A DNA stretch of 60,575 nucleotides from an uncultured Alistipes sp. (GTDB lineage: Bacteria; Bacteroidota; Bacteroidia; Bacteroidales; Rikenellaceae). The notes below the pieces were generated by a model. It was not told the origin of the DNA and ran no database searches. It saw only the letters and a list, made by a program, of their open reading frames with translations. Each line of letters starts with the position of its first letter. Position 1 is the first letter of the stretch. A program made the position numbers and the translations under genes. The stretch lies in assembly GCA_964404645.1 (NCBI GenBank), contig CAYOKU010000001.1:1-60575 (forward strand), read 5' to 3'. Of the stretch, positions 41,317-50,201 are shown piece after piece.

Positions 41317-42657
41317 CTACTTTATTTGCCAAATTCCACCCTTTCCGAACAATTTATCGAGCCATTCCGCCATCCATCCGCAACGGAAAGCGACATCAAT
41401 CACCGTGAAACGACTACGCATATAGGGTATCTTCTCAAACGAAGCCCTGAATTTTTCACGCGACACACCGATCTGCTCCGGTTCGCAGGGCGCGCCCACC
41501 GCCTCCAAACGGCGATGCACTTCGCCAAAGGGGATAATCTGCTTGCGAATACGTTCCCGCAGCTCAGGCCACGCACGTTGCAACAGCAGCAACTGCTCGC
41601 GCAAACCCGCCCGATCGACATATTTATCGCGCGTCTCTTTGAGGCCGCGAGCCACAAACTCAGGGTCATTGTGGAAGATCGCGCGAATATCGCATTCGGT
41701 CTCATCCCACGACTTCCACGCCGCAACACACCGATCGATGTCGAGCGTTTCGAGGGGGGCTTCGAGCAACATTTCGAGAAAAGCCGTTGAAGCCAGCGTA
41801 CCAATACCGACTTTGAATCCGTGCGACACCGATGCTCCATTATATATAAGGTGCTCCATGTCCCACAGATGGCTGAACTGGTGCTCCGCCCCCGATGCCG
41901 GACGGCTCGATTGCGCAGCCTGCATGGCAAAACCACTCAATAGCAACCCTTCGGCCAACTGTTCAACTTTGGCCACATCGCCTCTGCGCACTCCGGCCGG
42001 ATCATTCAACGCCTCGCGCAAACCGTCCTGTACGGTATGAAACGCAAAATCGTCCATCAACTCCGACTGCACCGCATCCGAAAGCATCCAATCAGCTCCG
42101 GCCGGAATCTTCGCAATCAGATCGGCATATCCCGAAGCCGATAATTTATAAGGTGCGGCAGCCGCAATCGCGGGATCGAAGATCATACCCAACGGAGCCG
42201 GACATTCGAACGTCTGTTTGTTACCATCCTTAGTGATTGATGCACCATAGGCCGTATAGCCATCCATCGAAGCCGCAGTTCCGACAATCATATAACGGCG
42301 GCCGTTGTGGTGTGATGCAAGTTTGGTTAGGTCATTAATCACCCCCGACCCGACTGCCACAGGAATGGCATCGGTAGCGGCAAGCAACGCATCCAACTGT
42401 TCGACATAGCTCCACTCGGCATAAAGAGCGAGGTCGGTAAAAATGTGCGGTTCATCCTGCGCGACACCACCCTGCGCAAGCACCTTGTGCACCTCGGCTC
42501 CGGCTACGCGCCATGTGTTGGCATCGGCCACCACAACAGCCCGACATCCGGCAAAGAGTTGTTGAAACATGGTGGCACACTGCGCAAGCGAATTAATGCC
42601 AATTATCAACGCTTTCGTATCGGTTGTACGAGAAAGCGCACTTTCTACTTTATTCAT
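41317..42657 (-). CDS. sn-glycerol-1-phosphate dehydrogenase (AraM/EgsA family)
   Basis: GSGVINDLTK, GTAASMDGY, SRPASGAEHQFSHLWDM, SHGFKVGIGT. Confidence 0.85.
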   Translation of the reverse strand: MNKVESALSRTTDTKALIIGINSLAQCATMFQQLFAGCRAVVVADANTWRVAGAEVHKVLAQGGVAQDEPHIFTDLALYAEWSYVEQLDALLAATDAIPVAVGSGVINDLTKLASHHNGRRYMIVGTAASMDGYTAYGASITKDGNKQTFECPAPLGMIFDPAIAAAAPYKLSASGYADLIAKIPAGADWMLSDAVQSELMDDFAFHTVQDGLREALNDPAGVRRGDVAKVEQLAEGLLLSGFAMQAAQSSRPASGAEHQFSHLWDMEHLIYNGASVSHGFKVGIGTLASTAFLEMLLEAPLETLDIDRCVAAWKSWDETECDIRAIFHNDPEFVARGLKETRDKYVDRAGLREQLLLLQRAWPELRERIRKQIIPFGEVHRRLEAVGAPCEPEQIGVSREKFRASFEKIPYMRSRFTVIDVAFRCGWMAEWLDKLFGKGGIWQIK

Positions 42658-42731
42658 TATATATTTGGTAAATAAGTTATTACATTAAAAATAGGCTACT
42701 CAATCAACATAAGTAGGCATCAAAACACAGG

Positions 42732-42739
42732 CAAATATA
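42732..42739 (-). promoter_or_regulatory. Sigma-A -7 element for the G1P dehydrogenase-MFS unit
   Basis: TATATTTG on the minus strand. Confidence 0.55.
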
Positions 42740-42897
42740 GCGATATTTTTTCCTTTTGGTAACAAAACAATGGATATTTTTTCTTTTTTAATCTATTTTG
42801 CTTTCTTTTTCAACTCATAAATAGCCGAAACAGAGCCATAACACCTCTATCTATTTGTTTTCAGTAGACAATTATTGCAAAAACGAAAATAAAGAAC

Positions 42898-42905
42898 TAT
42901 CTTTG
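42898..42905 (+). promoter_or_regulatory. Sigma-A -7 element for the GDPD-HAD unit
   Basis: TATCTTTG, 23 nt upstream of the ATG. Confidence 0.6.
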
Positions 42906-42928
42906 AATCCGTAAAAAACAAACAAATC

Positions 42929-43822
42929 ATGAAACGACTTTGCTCACTAACCTTTCTTTTCGTCTCCGTACTATGCCTTTTTCCTACGGCCCAAGCTACG
43001 GCGAAAAAGCCCTACTACATCCACATCGAGTCACGGGCTCAACTCCACGATTGGTTTCGCTATTCACCCCAACGCCCTATTGTCATCAGCGGCCACCGCG
43101 GCGGTATGGTCACAGGATACCCCGAAAATTGCATCGAATCGTTCGAGAAGACCCTCTCGATGATGCCTTCTTTCTTCGAGATTGACCCCCGCATGACCAA
43201 AGACGGGGTGATCGTCCTGATGCACGACGCCACAATCGACCGCACGACTACTGGAAAAGGGCGAGTTGCGGATTACACGTATGCCGAATTGCAACAATTC
43301 TTCCTCAAAGACCGTGAGGGCAACGTAACCCCCTACAAAATACCAACTCTCGAAGCCTGTATTCGTTGGAGCCAAGGCAAAACGATCCTCAATCTCGATA
43401 TCAAAGATGTCCCGTTGGAGGTCATGTCGGCATTTATCAACCGCCTCGCACCGGCCAATGTCATGTACACGGTGCGCAACGCCGAACAGGCACGCACCTA
43501 CCTTGATCGCGACCCCGAAGCGATGTTCTCGGTCTGGTGCAAGAATCTCAAAGAGTTCAACCAATATGTCGAAAAACAGATCCCCTGGTCTCAGACAATG
43601 GCCTATGTCGGTGCAATGATGCTCCCCGATGAGGCGGCTCTCTACGAAGCACTCCACCAAAACAACGTGATGTGCATGATCTCTGTATCGCCAACCCACG
43701 ACCGCCGCGCCACAGATCGCGAACGGGTAGGCGGGTATAAACTTGAAATCCCGACCGGTTGCGATGTGATCGAAACCGATTATCCCTATCTTTTCCAGTC
43801 GCTTAACCTCAAACGCAAATAA
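42929..43822 (+). CDS. Exported glycerophosphodiester phosphodiesterase
   Basis: HRGG..YPEN, EIDPRMTKDGVIVLMHD..DRTT; signal peptide ending AQA. Confidence 0.9.
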   Translation: MKRLCSLTFLFVSVLCLFPTAQATAKKPYYIHIESRAQLHDWFRYSPQRPIVISGHRGGMVTGYPENCIESFEKTLSMMPSFFEIDPRMTKDGVIVLMHDATIDRTTTGKGRVADYTYAELQQFFLKDREGNVTPYKIPTLEACIRWSQGKTILNLDIKDVPLEVMSAFINRLAPANVMYTVRNAEQARTYLDRDPEAMFSVWCKNLKEFNQYVEKQIPWSQTMAYVGAMMLPDEAALYEALHQNNVMCMISVSPTHDRRATDRERVGGYKLEIPTGCDVIETDYPYLFQSLNLKRK

Positions 43823-44688
43823 TGAGCTCTTTCAACCGATATCGCTCCGTGTGGAACCACGCGGAGTTGATGCAACGCCTACGACGTATTCGTCACGTGG
43901 CACTCGACATGGACGGCACTATCTATATGGGTATGTCGCTCTTTCCCTACACCAAACCCTTTCTCGAAGGGGTACACGCCGAAGGGATCGGCTACTCATT
44001 TCTGACCAATAACCCTTCGAAAAGCATTGCCGACTACCTGCACAAACTCGCCTCGCTGGGAATTACCGCCACACGCGATGAGATGTACACCACCGCACTG
44101 GCCACCATCGACTACATTCGCGCACACCACCCCGCGGCGCGGCGACTTTTTCTGCTGGGAACCCCTTCGATGATCTCGGAATTTGAGGCAGCCGGATTTA
44201 TCTCTACGGCAGATTCGGCCGAAGATCGTCCCGATGTGATCGTCGCCGCCTTTGATATGACTTTGAGCTACAACAGATTGTGTCGAGCCGCATGGTGGAT
44301 CTCACAGGGAGTCCCCTACATTGCCACCAACCCCGATCGGGTCTGCCCGACCGATCAACCCACCGTATTGGTAGACTGTGGCTCGATCTGCGCCTGCTTG
44401 ACTCACGCCACCGGCCGGCAGCCCGACATCACCTTGGGCAAACCCGACCCAAATATGTTATCGGGAATCCTTACACGCCACGGATTGCAACCCGATCAGA
44501 TCGTCATGGTAGGCGATCGCATCTACACCGATGTTCAGATGGCGCATAACGCCGGCGCAATGGGTGTTTTGGTGCTTTCGGGTGAAACCACCCTCGACAT
44601 CGCCGATTCCGCCCCCACACAACCACATCTCATCACCGAGAATATCGAAGTCCTCGGAGAGTTGTTACATGAGGCACAAAAGTATTAA
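43822..44688 (+). CDS. HAD subfamily IIA phosphatase (NagD/AraL-like)
   Basis: DMDGTIY, LTNN, ATNPD, GKPD, VGDRIYTD. Confidence 0.92.
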   Translation: MSSFNRYRSVWNHAELMQRLRRIRHVALDMDGTIYMGMSLFPYTKPFLEGVHAEGIGYSFLTNNPSKSIADYLHKLASLGITATRDEMYTTALATIDYIRAHHPAARRLFLLGTPSMISEFEAAGFISTADSAEDRPDVIVAAFDMTLSYNRLCRAAWWISQGVPYIATNPDRVCPTDQPTVLVDCGSICACLTHATGRQPDITLGKPDPNMLSGILTRHGLQPDQIVMVGDRIYTDVQMAHNAGAMGVLVLSGETTLDIADSAPTQPHLITENIEVLGELLHEAQKY

Positions 44689-44705
44689 AACAAGATAATA
44701 AACGA

Positions 44706-44745
44706 CAAAAGGGTCGGGGGCGAAAATTCACCCCCGGCCCTTTTG
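44706..44745. terminator. Probable bidirectional terminator between convergent genes
   Basis: CAAAAGGGTCGGGGG...CCCCCGGCCCTTTTG. Confidence 0.75.
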
Positions 44746-44766
44746 TTTCACGCTTATCACAACCCT

Positions 44767-45048
44767 TTAACGAAGCAGATCGCTCCATTCGGGATGACGA
44801 GTAATATAGGTGGTGACAAATGAACATTGCGACTCGACCAACAGCCCCTTGCTGCGAATATCTTCGAGCACAGCACGTGTCAACTGGGAAGCTACACCGC
44901 ACCCTTCGAGGGCAGGTGGCACATAGGTATGAGTCAGCACAACCACTCCCGGTTCGCGGGTATATTCGATCAGCGCGGTGTGGCCATCAACATTGATTTC
45001 GTAACGCTCTTCGATCAGGTTGTCGATCAAAACAGGATGATTTTTCAT
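44767..45048 (-). CDS. Small GNAT N-acetyltransferase (YjdJ-like)
   Basis: LTHTYVPPALEGCGVASQL, CSFV..YI. Confidence 0.85.
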   Translation of the reverse strand: MKNHPVLIDNLIEERYEINVDGHTALIEYTREPGVVVLTHTYVPPALEGCGVASQLTRAVLEDIRSKGLLVESQCSFVTTYITRHPEWSDLLR

Positions 45049-45116
45049 AGCTTTATCAGGATATATTGAAATGATTTGCGCAAATTTAATTCCGAAACAC
45101 TATTTTTGCAGTTGTA

Positions 45117-46160
45117 ATGAGTCGCATAGCCCCTATATTGCTTGACTGGTACAACCGCGAAGGGCGTGATCTTCCGTGGCGACAGACCCGCGATGCCTAC
45201 CTGATCTGGCTCTCGGAAGTGATTCTCCAACAGACGCGCGTTGCGCAAGGGTTGGCCTATTACGAACGATTCGCAGCTCGCTTTCCGCATGTCGAGGCAC
45301 TTGCCGCTGCCTCGGAGGATGAGGTACTCAAACTGTGGCAAGGTCTGGGATATTACAGCCGAGCTCGCAATCTACACGCAGCCGCTCAGCAGGTGGTACA
45401 CGACATGGGGGGTATTTTTCCGACTGACCCCAACATCCTGCGATCGCTACGCGGTGTAGGCGACTATACGGCAGCTGCCATTGCATCGGCCTCCGCCGAC
45501 ATTCCATGCGCAGTAGTTGACGGCAACGTCTACCGACTCCTCTCACGCATCTTCGACCTCGATCTACCGATCGACTCAACAGCCGGAAAACGGAGATTCG
45601 CCGCGCTGGCACAATCGGAGTTAGATCCGGCACATGCAGGTCGTTACAACCAGGCCATTATGGATTTCGGAGCTTTGCAATGTACCCCCTCCACGCCACG
45701 CTGCGAAGAGTGTCCGCTCGCACAGCAATGTTTAGCCTTGGCCGCAGGAACAGTCGCCGAACGCCCCGTCAAGCGAGGACGCACCCTCATACGCGACCGC
45801 TGGTTTTCCTACCTGCATATCGTCCGCAACAACCAGACGTTGCTCCACCGCCGCGGCGAGGGGGATATTTGGCAAGGATTGTATGAGTTTCCACTTATCG
45901 AGAGCCAGCACGCGGTTGATTTCAGCCAGATCATCGCCACACCACTCTTCAAAGAACTTTTCGCCGAGGCACATTGGCAACTACTGCACACCACGCACCT
46001 ACCTCGCCATCAGCTTTCGCATCAAAGACTACACGCTACATGCTACCTGATCGACACCGATCGTTGGTCTCCACCGGCGGAAATGTTAGTCGTTGCCTCG
46101 ACCGAGATCGACAACTACGCCTTGCCTCGCCTAATTGATCGTTATTTGGAGTCGTTGTAG
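45117..46160 (+). CDS. mutY: A/G-specific adenine glycosylase
   Basis: WLSEVILQQT, WQGLGYYSRARNL, VDGNVYR, 4Fe-4S motif CTPSTPRCEECPLAQQC. Confidence 0.95.
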   Translation: MSRIAPILLDWYNREGRDLPWRQTRDAYLIWLSEVILQQTRVAQGLAYYERFAARFPHVEALAAASEDEVLKLWQGLGYYSRARNLHAAAQQVVHDMGGIFPTDPNILRSLRGVGDYTAAAIASASADIPCAVVDGNVYRLLSRIFDLDLPIDSTAGKRRFAALAQSELDPAHAGRYNQAIMDFGALQCTPSTPRCEECPLAQQCLALAAGTVAERPVKRGRTLIRDRWFSYLHIVRNNQTLLHRRGEGDIWQGLYEFPLIESQHAVDFSQIIATPLFKELFAEAHWQLLHTTHLPRHQLSHQRLHATCYLIDTDRWSPPAEMLVVASTEIDNYALPRLIDRYLESL

Positions 46161-46219
46161 GTTGAGAGTACAGCTTCCGATTCTACATCAAAAAACGCAC
46201 AACGATCGCCGCCGCCTTG

Positions 46220-47170
46220 TCAAATGATATACCAGAGATAAGCTGCATAAATCATCAAAAAGAGAAGGCCCTCCCAACGATCCATTTTTCCGCGCCGAAA
46301 GGTAAATGCAGTCATAAAAAGCAACACGAAACTTACGACAAGCATCACCAGATCCAACATCGTAATACCCCCGAGAGTCAACGGCCGAATCAATGCGCTT
46401 AAACCCAATATCAACAGAATATTGGCTATACACGATCCGATGACGTTTCCCAAAGCCATCTCCGCCTTTCCTTTCATCAACGAAACGATCGAGGCTCCCA
46501 GTTCGGGCAGCGATGTTCCGCCCGCCACCAACGTGATGGCGATAACCGATTCACTAATATGGAAGCGTCGCGCCACCGCAGTTGCGTGGTGCAGAAACAA
46601 CTCACCACCACCAACCAATCCGGCCAAACCCACCACGATCAGCACCACCATCCACCAGATCCGCATCGGTTTCTTTCCAGAATTTACCGGCTCTGCCGGA
46701 GCACTACGCCGCGCGCTACGGATCGTATAGCTCATCAACCCGACAAAGGTGGCCAACAGAATCAACCCGTCAATTCGCCCGATCCGATTCGCATCTCCCA
46801 CCCCCAACAAGGCATCACTGGTCATCACCAACAAAAGAAGCGATGCAATCAGTCCGAAGGGAATATCACGCCGCAAATTACTACCAGTAAGCGCAAATGG
46901 GCGAATCAACGCACATAGGCCGAGTATGACAAAGACATTAAAAAGGTTCGAACCCACCACGTTACCAATGGCCATATCACTATTTCCCGCCGCAGCCGAA
47001 AAGACCGAAACCACCAATTCGGGCATCGAAGTTCCGATAGCGACAACAGTCAATCCCACCAAAAATTCGGGCATCCGGAATCGCTGCGCGAGAGCCGCCG
47101 AGCCATCGGTCAGGAAATTGGCTCCTGCCAAAATCAAGACCAGACCCACAAAAAGCAGAACAATATCCAT
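46220..47170 (-). CDS. Calcium/sodium antiporter (YrbG family)
   Basis: Two alpha repeats GTSMPE and GTSLPE, with GNVVGSN and GNVIGSC. Confidence 0.92.
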   Translation of the reverse strand: MDIVLLFVGLVLILAGANFLTDGSAALAQRFRMPEFLVGLTVVAIGTSMPELVVSVFSAAAGNSDMAIGNVVGSNLFNVFVILGLCALIRPFALTGSNLRRDIPFGLIASLLLLVMTSDALLGVGDANRIGRIDGLILLATFVGLMSYTIRSARRSAPAEPVNSGKKPMRIWWMVVLIVVGLAGLVGGGELFLHHATAVARRFHISESVIAITLVAGGTSLPELGASIVSLMKGKAEMALGNVIGSCIANILLILGLSALIRPLTLGGITMLDLVMLVVSFVLLFMTAFTFRRGKMDRWEGLLFLMIYAAYLWYII

Positions 47171-47973
47171 CACGCCAATAGAATTAAACTTGCAGCCATA
47201 AGAGCCATTCCGGCCACAACACCGTAAATCGAGATGTGCGCTTCACCGTATTCGCGCGCCGCCGGCAAAAGTTCATCAATCGAGATAAAGACCATGATAC
47301 CAGCCACAACAGCCAGCACACATCCCATCAATGTCGGAGACATGAAGGGCATCAGCACAAGCCATGCCAGCATCGCACCCACCGGTTCGGCTAAACCCGA
47401 CAAGAGCGACAACTTAAATGCCTTTTTGCGATCGCCCGTTGCATAATAAATAGGTATCGAAACGGCAATACCCTCCGGAATGTTGTGGATCGCCACAGCC
47501 ACAGCAATTGCCACACCCAACGTCAGATTGTCAACCGCCGAGGTGAACGTAGCGATCCCCTCCGGAAAGTTATGGATCCCGATCGCCAATGCGGTGAGCA
47601 GTCCCATGCGCATCAATTTCGGATTGCGCGGTTGTCCGTCCTGCATCTCCTCCACACTATGCGCCTCGTGTGGATTCTCAAACGAAGGAACCAACCGGTC
47701 GATAATGCCGATGAGAAGAATACCTGCAAAAAAGCTCGCCACGGTGACAACCATCCCCACGCGCGCGCCCCATTCGGACGAAAGGGTGAGGTTCGCCTGC
47801 TGAAATAGCTCAACAAACGAAACGTAAATCATAACACCGCCCGACAGGCCAAGCGAAAAGGAGAGCAGTCGTTTGTTGGTACGACGTGCAAAAAAGGCAA
47901 TCGCGCTACCGATTCCGGTCGCCAATCCGGCTCCAAGGGTCAATAACAGCGGATAGAGTATTTGATGGCTCAT
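47170..47973 (-). CDS. zupT: ZIP family metal transporter
   Basis: HNFPEG and HNIPEG; TATCTTTG at 47993-48000. Confidence 0.92.
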   Translation of the reverse strand: MSHQILYPLLLTLGAGLATGIGSAIAFFARRTNKRLLSFSLGLSGGVMIYVSFVELFQQANLTLSSEWGARVGMVVTVASFFAGILLIGIIDRLVPSFENPHEAHSVEEMQDGQPRNPKLMRMGLLTALAIGIHNFPEGIATFTSAVDNLTLGVAIAVAVAIHNIPEGIAVSIPIYYATGDRKKAFKLSLLSGLAEPVGAMLAWLVLMPFMSPTLMGCVLAVVAGIMVFISIDELLPAAREYGEAHISIYGVVAGMALMAASLILLA

Positions 47974-48165
47974 AAATTAAATTTGTTTGGGGCAAAGATA
48001 ACAGATTCATCGAAATTATAGCATCCCCTACTCTTCGGATTTTCTGATAGTACGATCAGAAAAGAGAATGATTATTTAAATTTATTTTCCATTGGAAATT
48101 TGTTTTATCGGAAAATACATACTACCTTTGCATCGTTATTGATAGAAAACCCCAAAAAAGGAGTC

Positions 48166-48639
48166 ATGAAAAAATTATTTTTAGCCGTGATGGGCATATT
48201 GACCTTGGCCGCCGGATGCTCGGCACAAGGCAGCTCATCGAATCAAGAGAAAAAATCACAAACAAAGACAAACACCATGAAAACAATCGCATTAAACAAA
48301 GCTGGCTTCATGAGCAAGGTAGCTGACGTAGAGAAGAATCCGCAGGAGTGGAAGTATTTGGGCGACAAACCCGCCTTGATCGACTTTTACGCATCGTGGT
48401 GCGGCCCATGCAAAGCACTCGCCCCCGTATTGGAGGAGTTGGCAGCCGAATACAGTGACCAGATCTACATCTACAAGATCAACACCGAGGAGGAGCAGGA
48501 TTTAGCCGCGATGTTCGGAATCCGTTCGATCCCCACGCTGCTCTTCGTACCGATGAATGGCAAGCCTCAAATGGCACAAGGCGCGATGCCCAAGGCTTCG
48601 CTCAAAGAGGCTATTGACAAAATTCTGTTGAATAAGTAG
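48166..48639 (+). CDS. Thioredoxin with an N-terminal lipoprotein signal
   Basis: DFYASWCGPC, IRSIPT; MKKLFLAVMGILTLAAGC lipobox; TACCTTTG at 48123-48130. Confidence 0.88.
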   Translation: MKKLFLAVMGILTLAAGCSAQGSSSNQEKKSQTKTNTMKTIALNKAGFMSKVADVEKNPQEWKYLGDKPALIDFYASWCGPCKALAPVLEELAAEYSDQIYIYKINTEEEQDLAAMFGIRSIPTLLFVPMNGKPQMAQGAMPKASLKEAIDKILLNK

Positions 48640-48643
48640 CCCC

Positions 48644-48826
48644 ATGGCATACACGATTGATGCACAGTTGTGCCCGCAAAACCACCGCTGTCCGCTGATC
48701 GCACAATGCCCTGCCGAGGCCATTACGCAACAAGGATACGAGCTACCGGTCATCGACATCGAACGCTGTATTGAGTGCGGACTTTGTGCCGAAAACTGCG
48801 GCCGCCAAGCCATACATAAAGCTTAG
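48644..48826 (+). CDS. Small 4Fe-4S ferredoxin-like protein
   Basis: CPQNHRC..QCP and CIECGLCAENC. Confidence 0.8.
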   Translation: MAYTIDAQLCPQNHRCPLIAQCPAEAITQQGYELPVIDIERCIECGLCAENCGRQAIHKA

Positions 48827-48830
48827 ATCT

Positions 48831-49190
48831 GTGGAATTGCTCTGTAAAATTCGAAACCTGCAACGCGCTGTCAACCGATTTGAAAGCGAGTTCGAACAGT
48901 GCTATGGCATCTCGTTGAACGAGGGAATGGCACTATGCAGTCTGGCAAGCCACAAAAGACTCTGCACGGGAGAGCTGGGCGACCTATTGGGGCTAACCCC
49001 CTCGAACACCTCGAAGGTCATCCGCTCGATCGAAAACAAAGAGTTAGTCGAGCGAGAGCTGGGAGATCGCGATCATCGACAGATGTACTTTAGGTTGACA
49101 ACCAAAGGCGAAGAGTTGCTCTCGAAGACCTGTTGTAAAAAGGTCGGCATCCCCGACATACTGGCACGAGCGATCGAGCTTGAATGTTAG
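48831..49190 (+). CDS. MarR family regulator, Cys-rich
   Basis: SNTSKVIRSIENKELVER..DHRQMYFRLTTKG; GTG start inferred. Confidence 0.85.
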   Translation: MELLCKIRNLQRAVNRFESEFEQCYGISLNEGMALCSLASHKRLCTGELGDLLGLTPSNTSKVIRSIENKELVERELGDRDHRQMYFRLTTKGEELLSKTCCKKVGIPDILARAIELEC

Positions 49191-49206
49191 ATCACACAGA
49201 AGAGAG

Positions 49207-49248
49207 GCGGCGCAGGATAATGAGAGTTATTCTGCGCCGCTTTTTTTT
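49207..49248 (+). terminator. Intrinsic terminator after MarR
   Basis: GCGGCGCAGGATAA...TTATTCTGCGCCGC followed by T8. Confidence 0.88.
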
Positions 49249-49264
49249 CGCTATGGAATCAGAT

Positions 49265-49969
49265 TTATTCCAGAAAATGGTTCTCCTCGTTGAATGTCGA
49301 GGCAAAGTCGCTCAAAGACTTCAAATGGCGGACCATCATCGCCTCGGCTCCGGCTTCATCCTGCTCAACAATAAAACGAAGCAACTCACGATGCTCGAAA
49401 AAGACCTCTTCGGTTGGAACGGCACAAACCCGATAACGGTGGTAATAGCGCAGTACATCGGGAGTAATGATCAACAACATAGATGCAATCACAGGGTTGT
49501 GCGCACCACGCGCCAGAGCCTGATGATAGGCAAAATCTTTCGAAATACGTTGATCGGTATAGAACTGCTCTTCGCACTCGGACAGGGCCTCCTCAATTGC
49601 CTTGATATCCTCATCGGTACGATTGCGCGCGCAAAGACGCACGGCCTCAACTTCGAGTAACACCCGCACATAGACCAACGACGCAAAGTCGTACTGTTCG
49701 ATTTTCAGAGCATCGGTTATCATCCTTTCCAGCACTTGCATCTTCTCCTGCGCAATAACCGTTCCGCTTTGAGGAAAGGTGCGGACAACTCCGTAAAATT
49801 CGAGTTTCTGGAAAGCAGCACGCACATAAGCACGCCCCACCCCCAACTGTTCGGCCAACCGTCGCTCAGCCGGAAGACGCTCTCCGGGCTGAAAGGCTCC
49901 TTGATAGATCTGTTCCTTGACGTATTTCAAGACAGTTTCCACCTGCTTGATATTGGGCGAATCATTCAT
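49265..49969 (-). CDS. FadR-subfamily GntR regulator
   Basis: PGERLPAERRLAEQLGVGR; FCD domain DFAYHQALA..HNP. Confidence 0.92.
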   Translation of the reverse strand: MNDSPNIKQVETVLKYVKEQIYQGAFQPGERLPAERRLAEQLGVGRAYVRAAFQKLEFYGVVRTFPQSGTVIAQEKMQVLERMITDALKIEQYDFASLVYVRVLLEVEAVRLCARNRTDEDIKAIEEALSECEEQFYTDQRISKDFAYHQALARGAHNPVIASMLLIITPDVLRYYHRYRVCAVPTEEVFFEHRELLRFIVEQDEAGAEAMMVRHLKSLSDFASTFNEENHFLE

Positions 49970-50167
49970 AGGTTTTCGTTTTGGTCACAAATATCACAAA
50001 AAAAAGCAGTTCCACCAAATTTTTCTTACTACTTCCGACACAGACAAACACAAAAACACGCTTTTACAATTTCACCATTAATTCGCATTTCAGGCTATTG
50101 TTTCTCTTTTTTTGAAGGAAAAAGGAAATAAATCGTTGCAAAAAATTGCTATTTAATTAATTTTATC

Positions 50168-50175
50168 TAAATTTG
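50168..50175 (+). promoter_or_regulatory. Sigma-A -7 element for the ior operon
   Basis: TAAATTTG, 26 nt upstream of the ATG. Confidence 0.55.
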
Positions 50176-50201
50176 TCCTTATCGGAAAATTCCTTACCGC
50201 T

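Noticed and set aside
41317-42657. Archaeal-type ether lipid synthesis via G1P dehydrogenase
   Set aside because: No GGGP or DGGGP synthase in the window; the neighbours (transporter, exported phosphodiesterase, DeoR) point to catabolism
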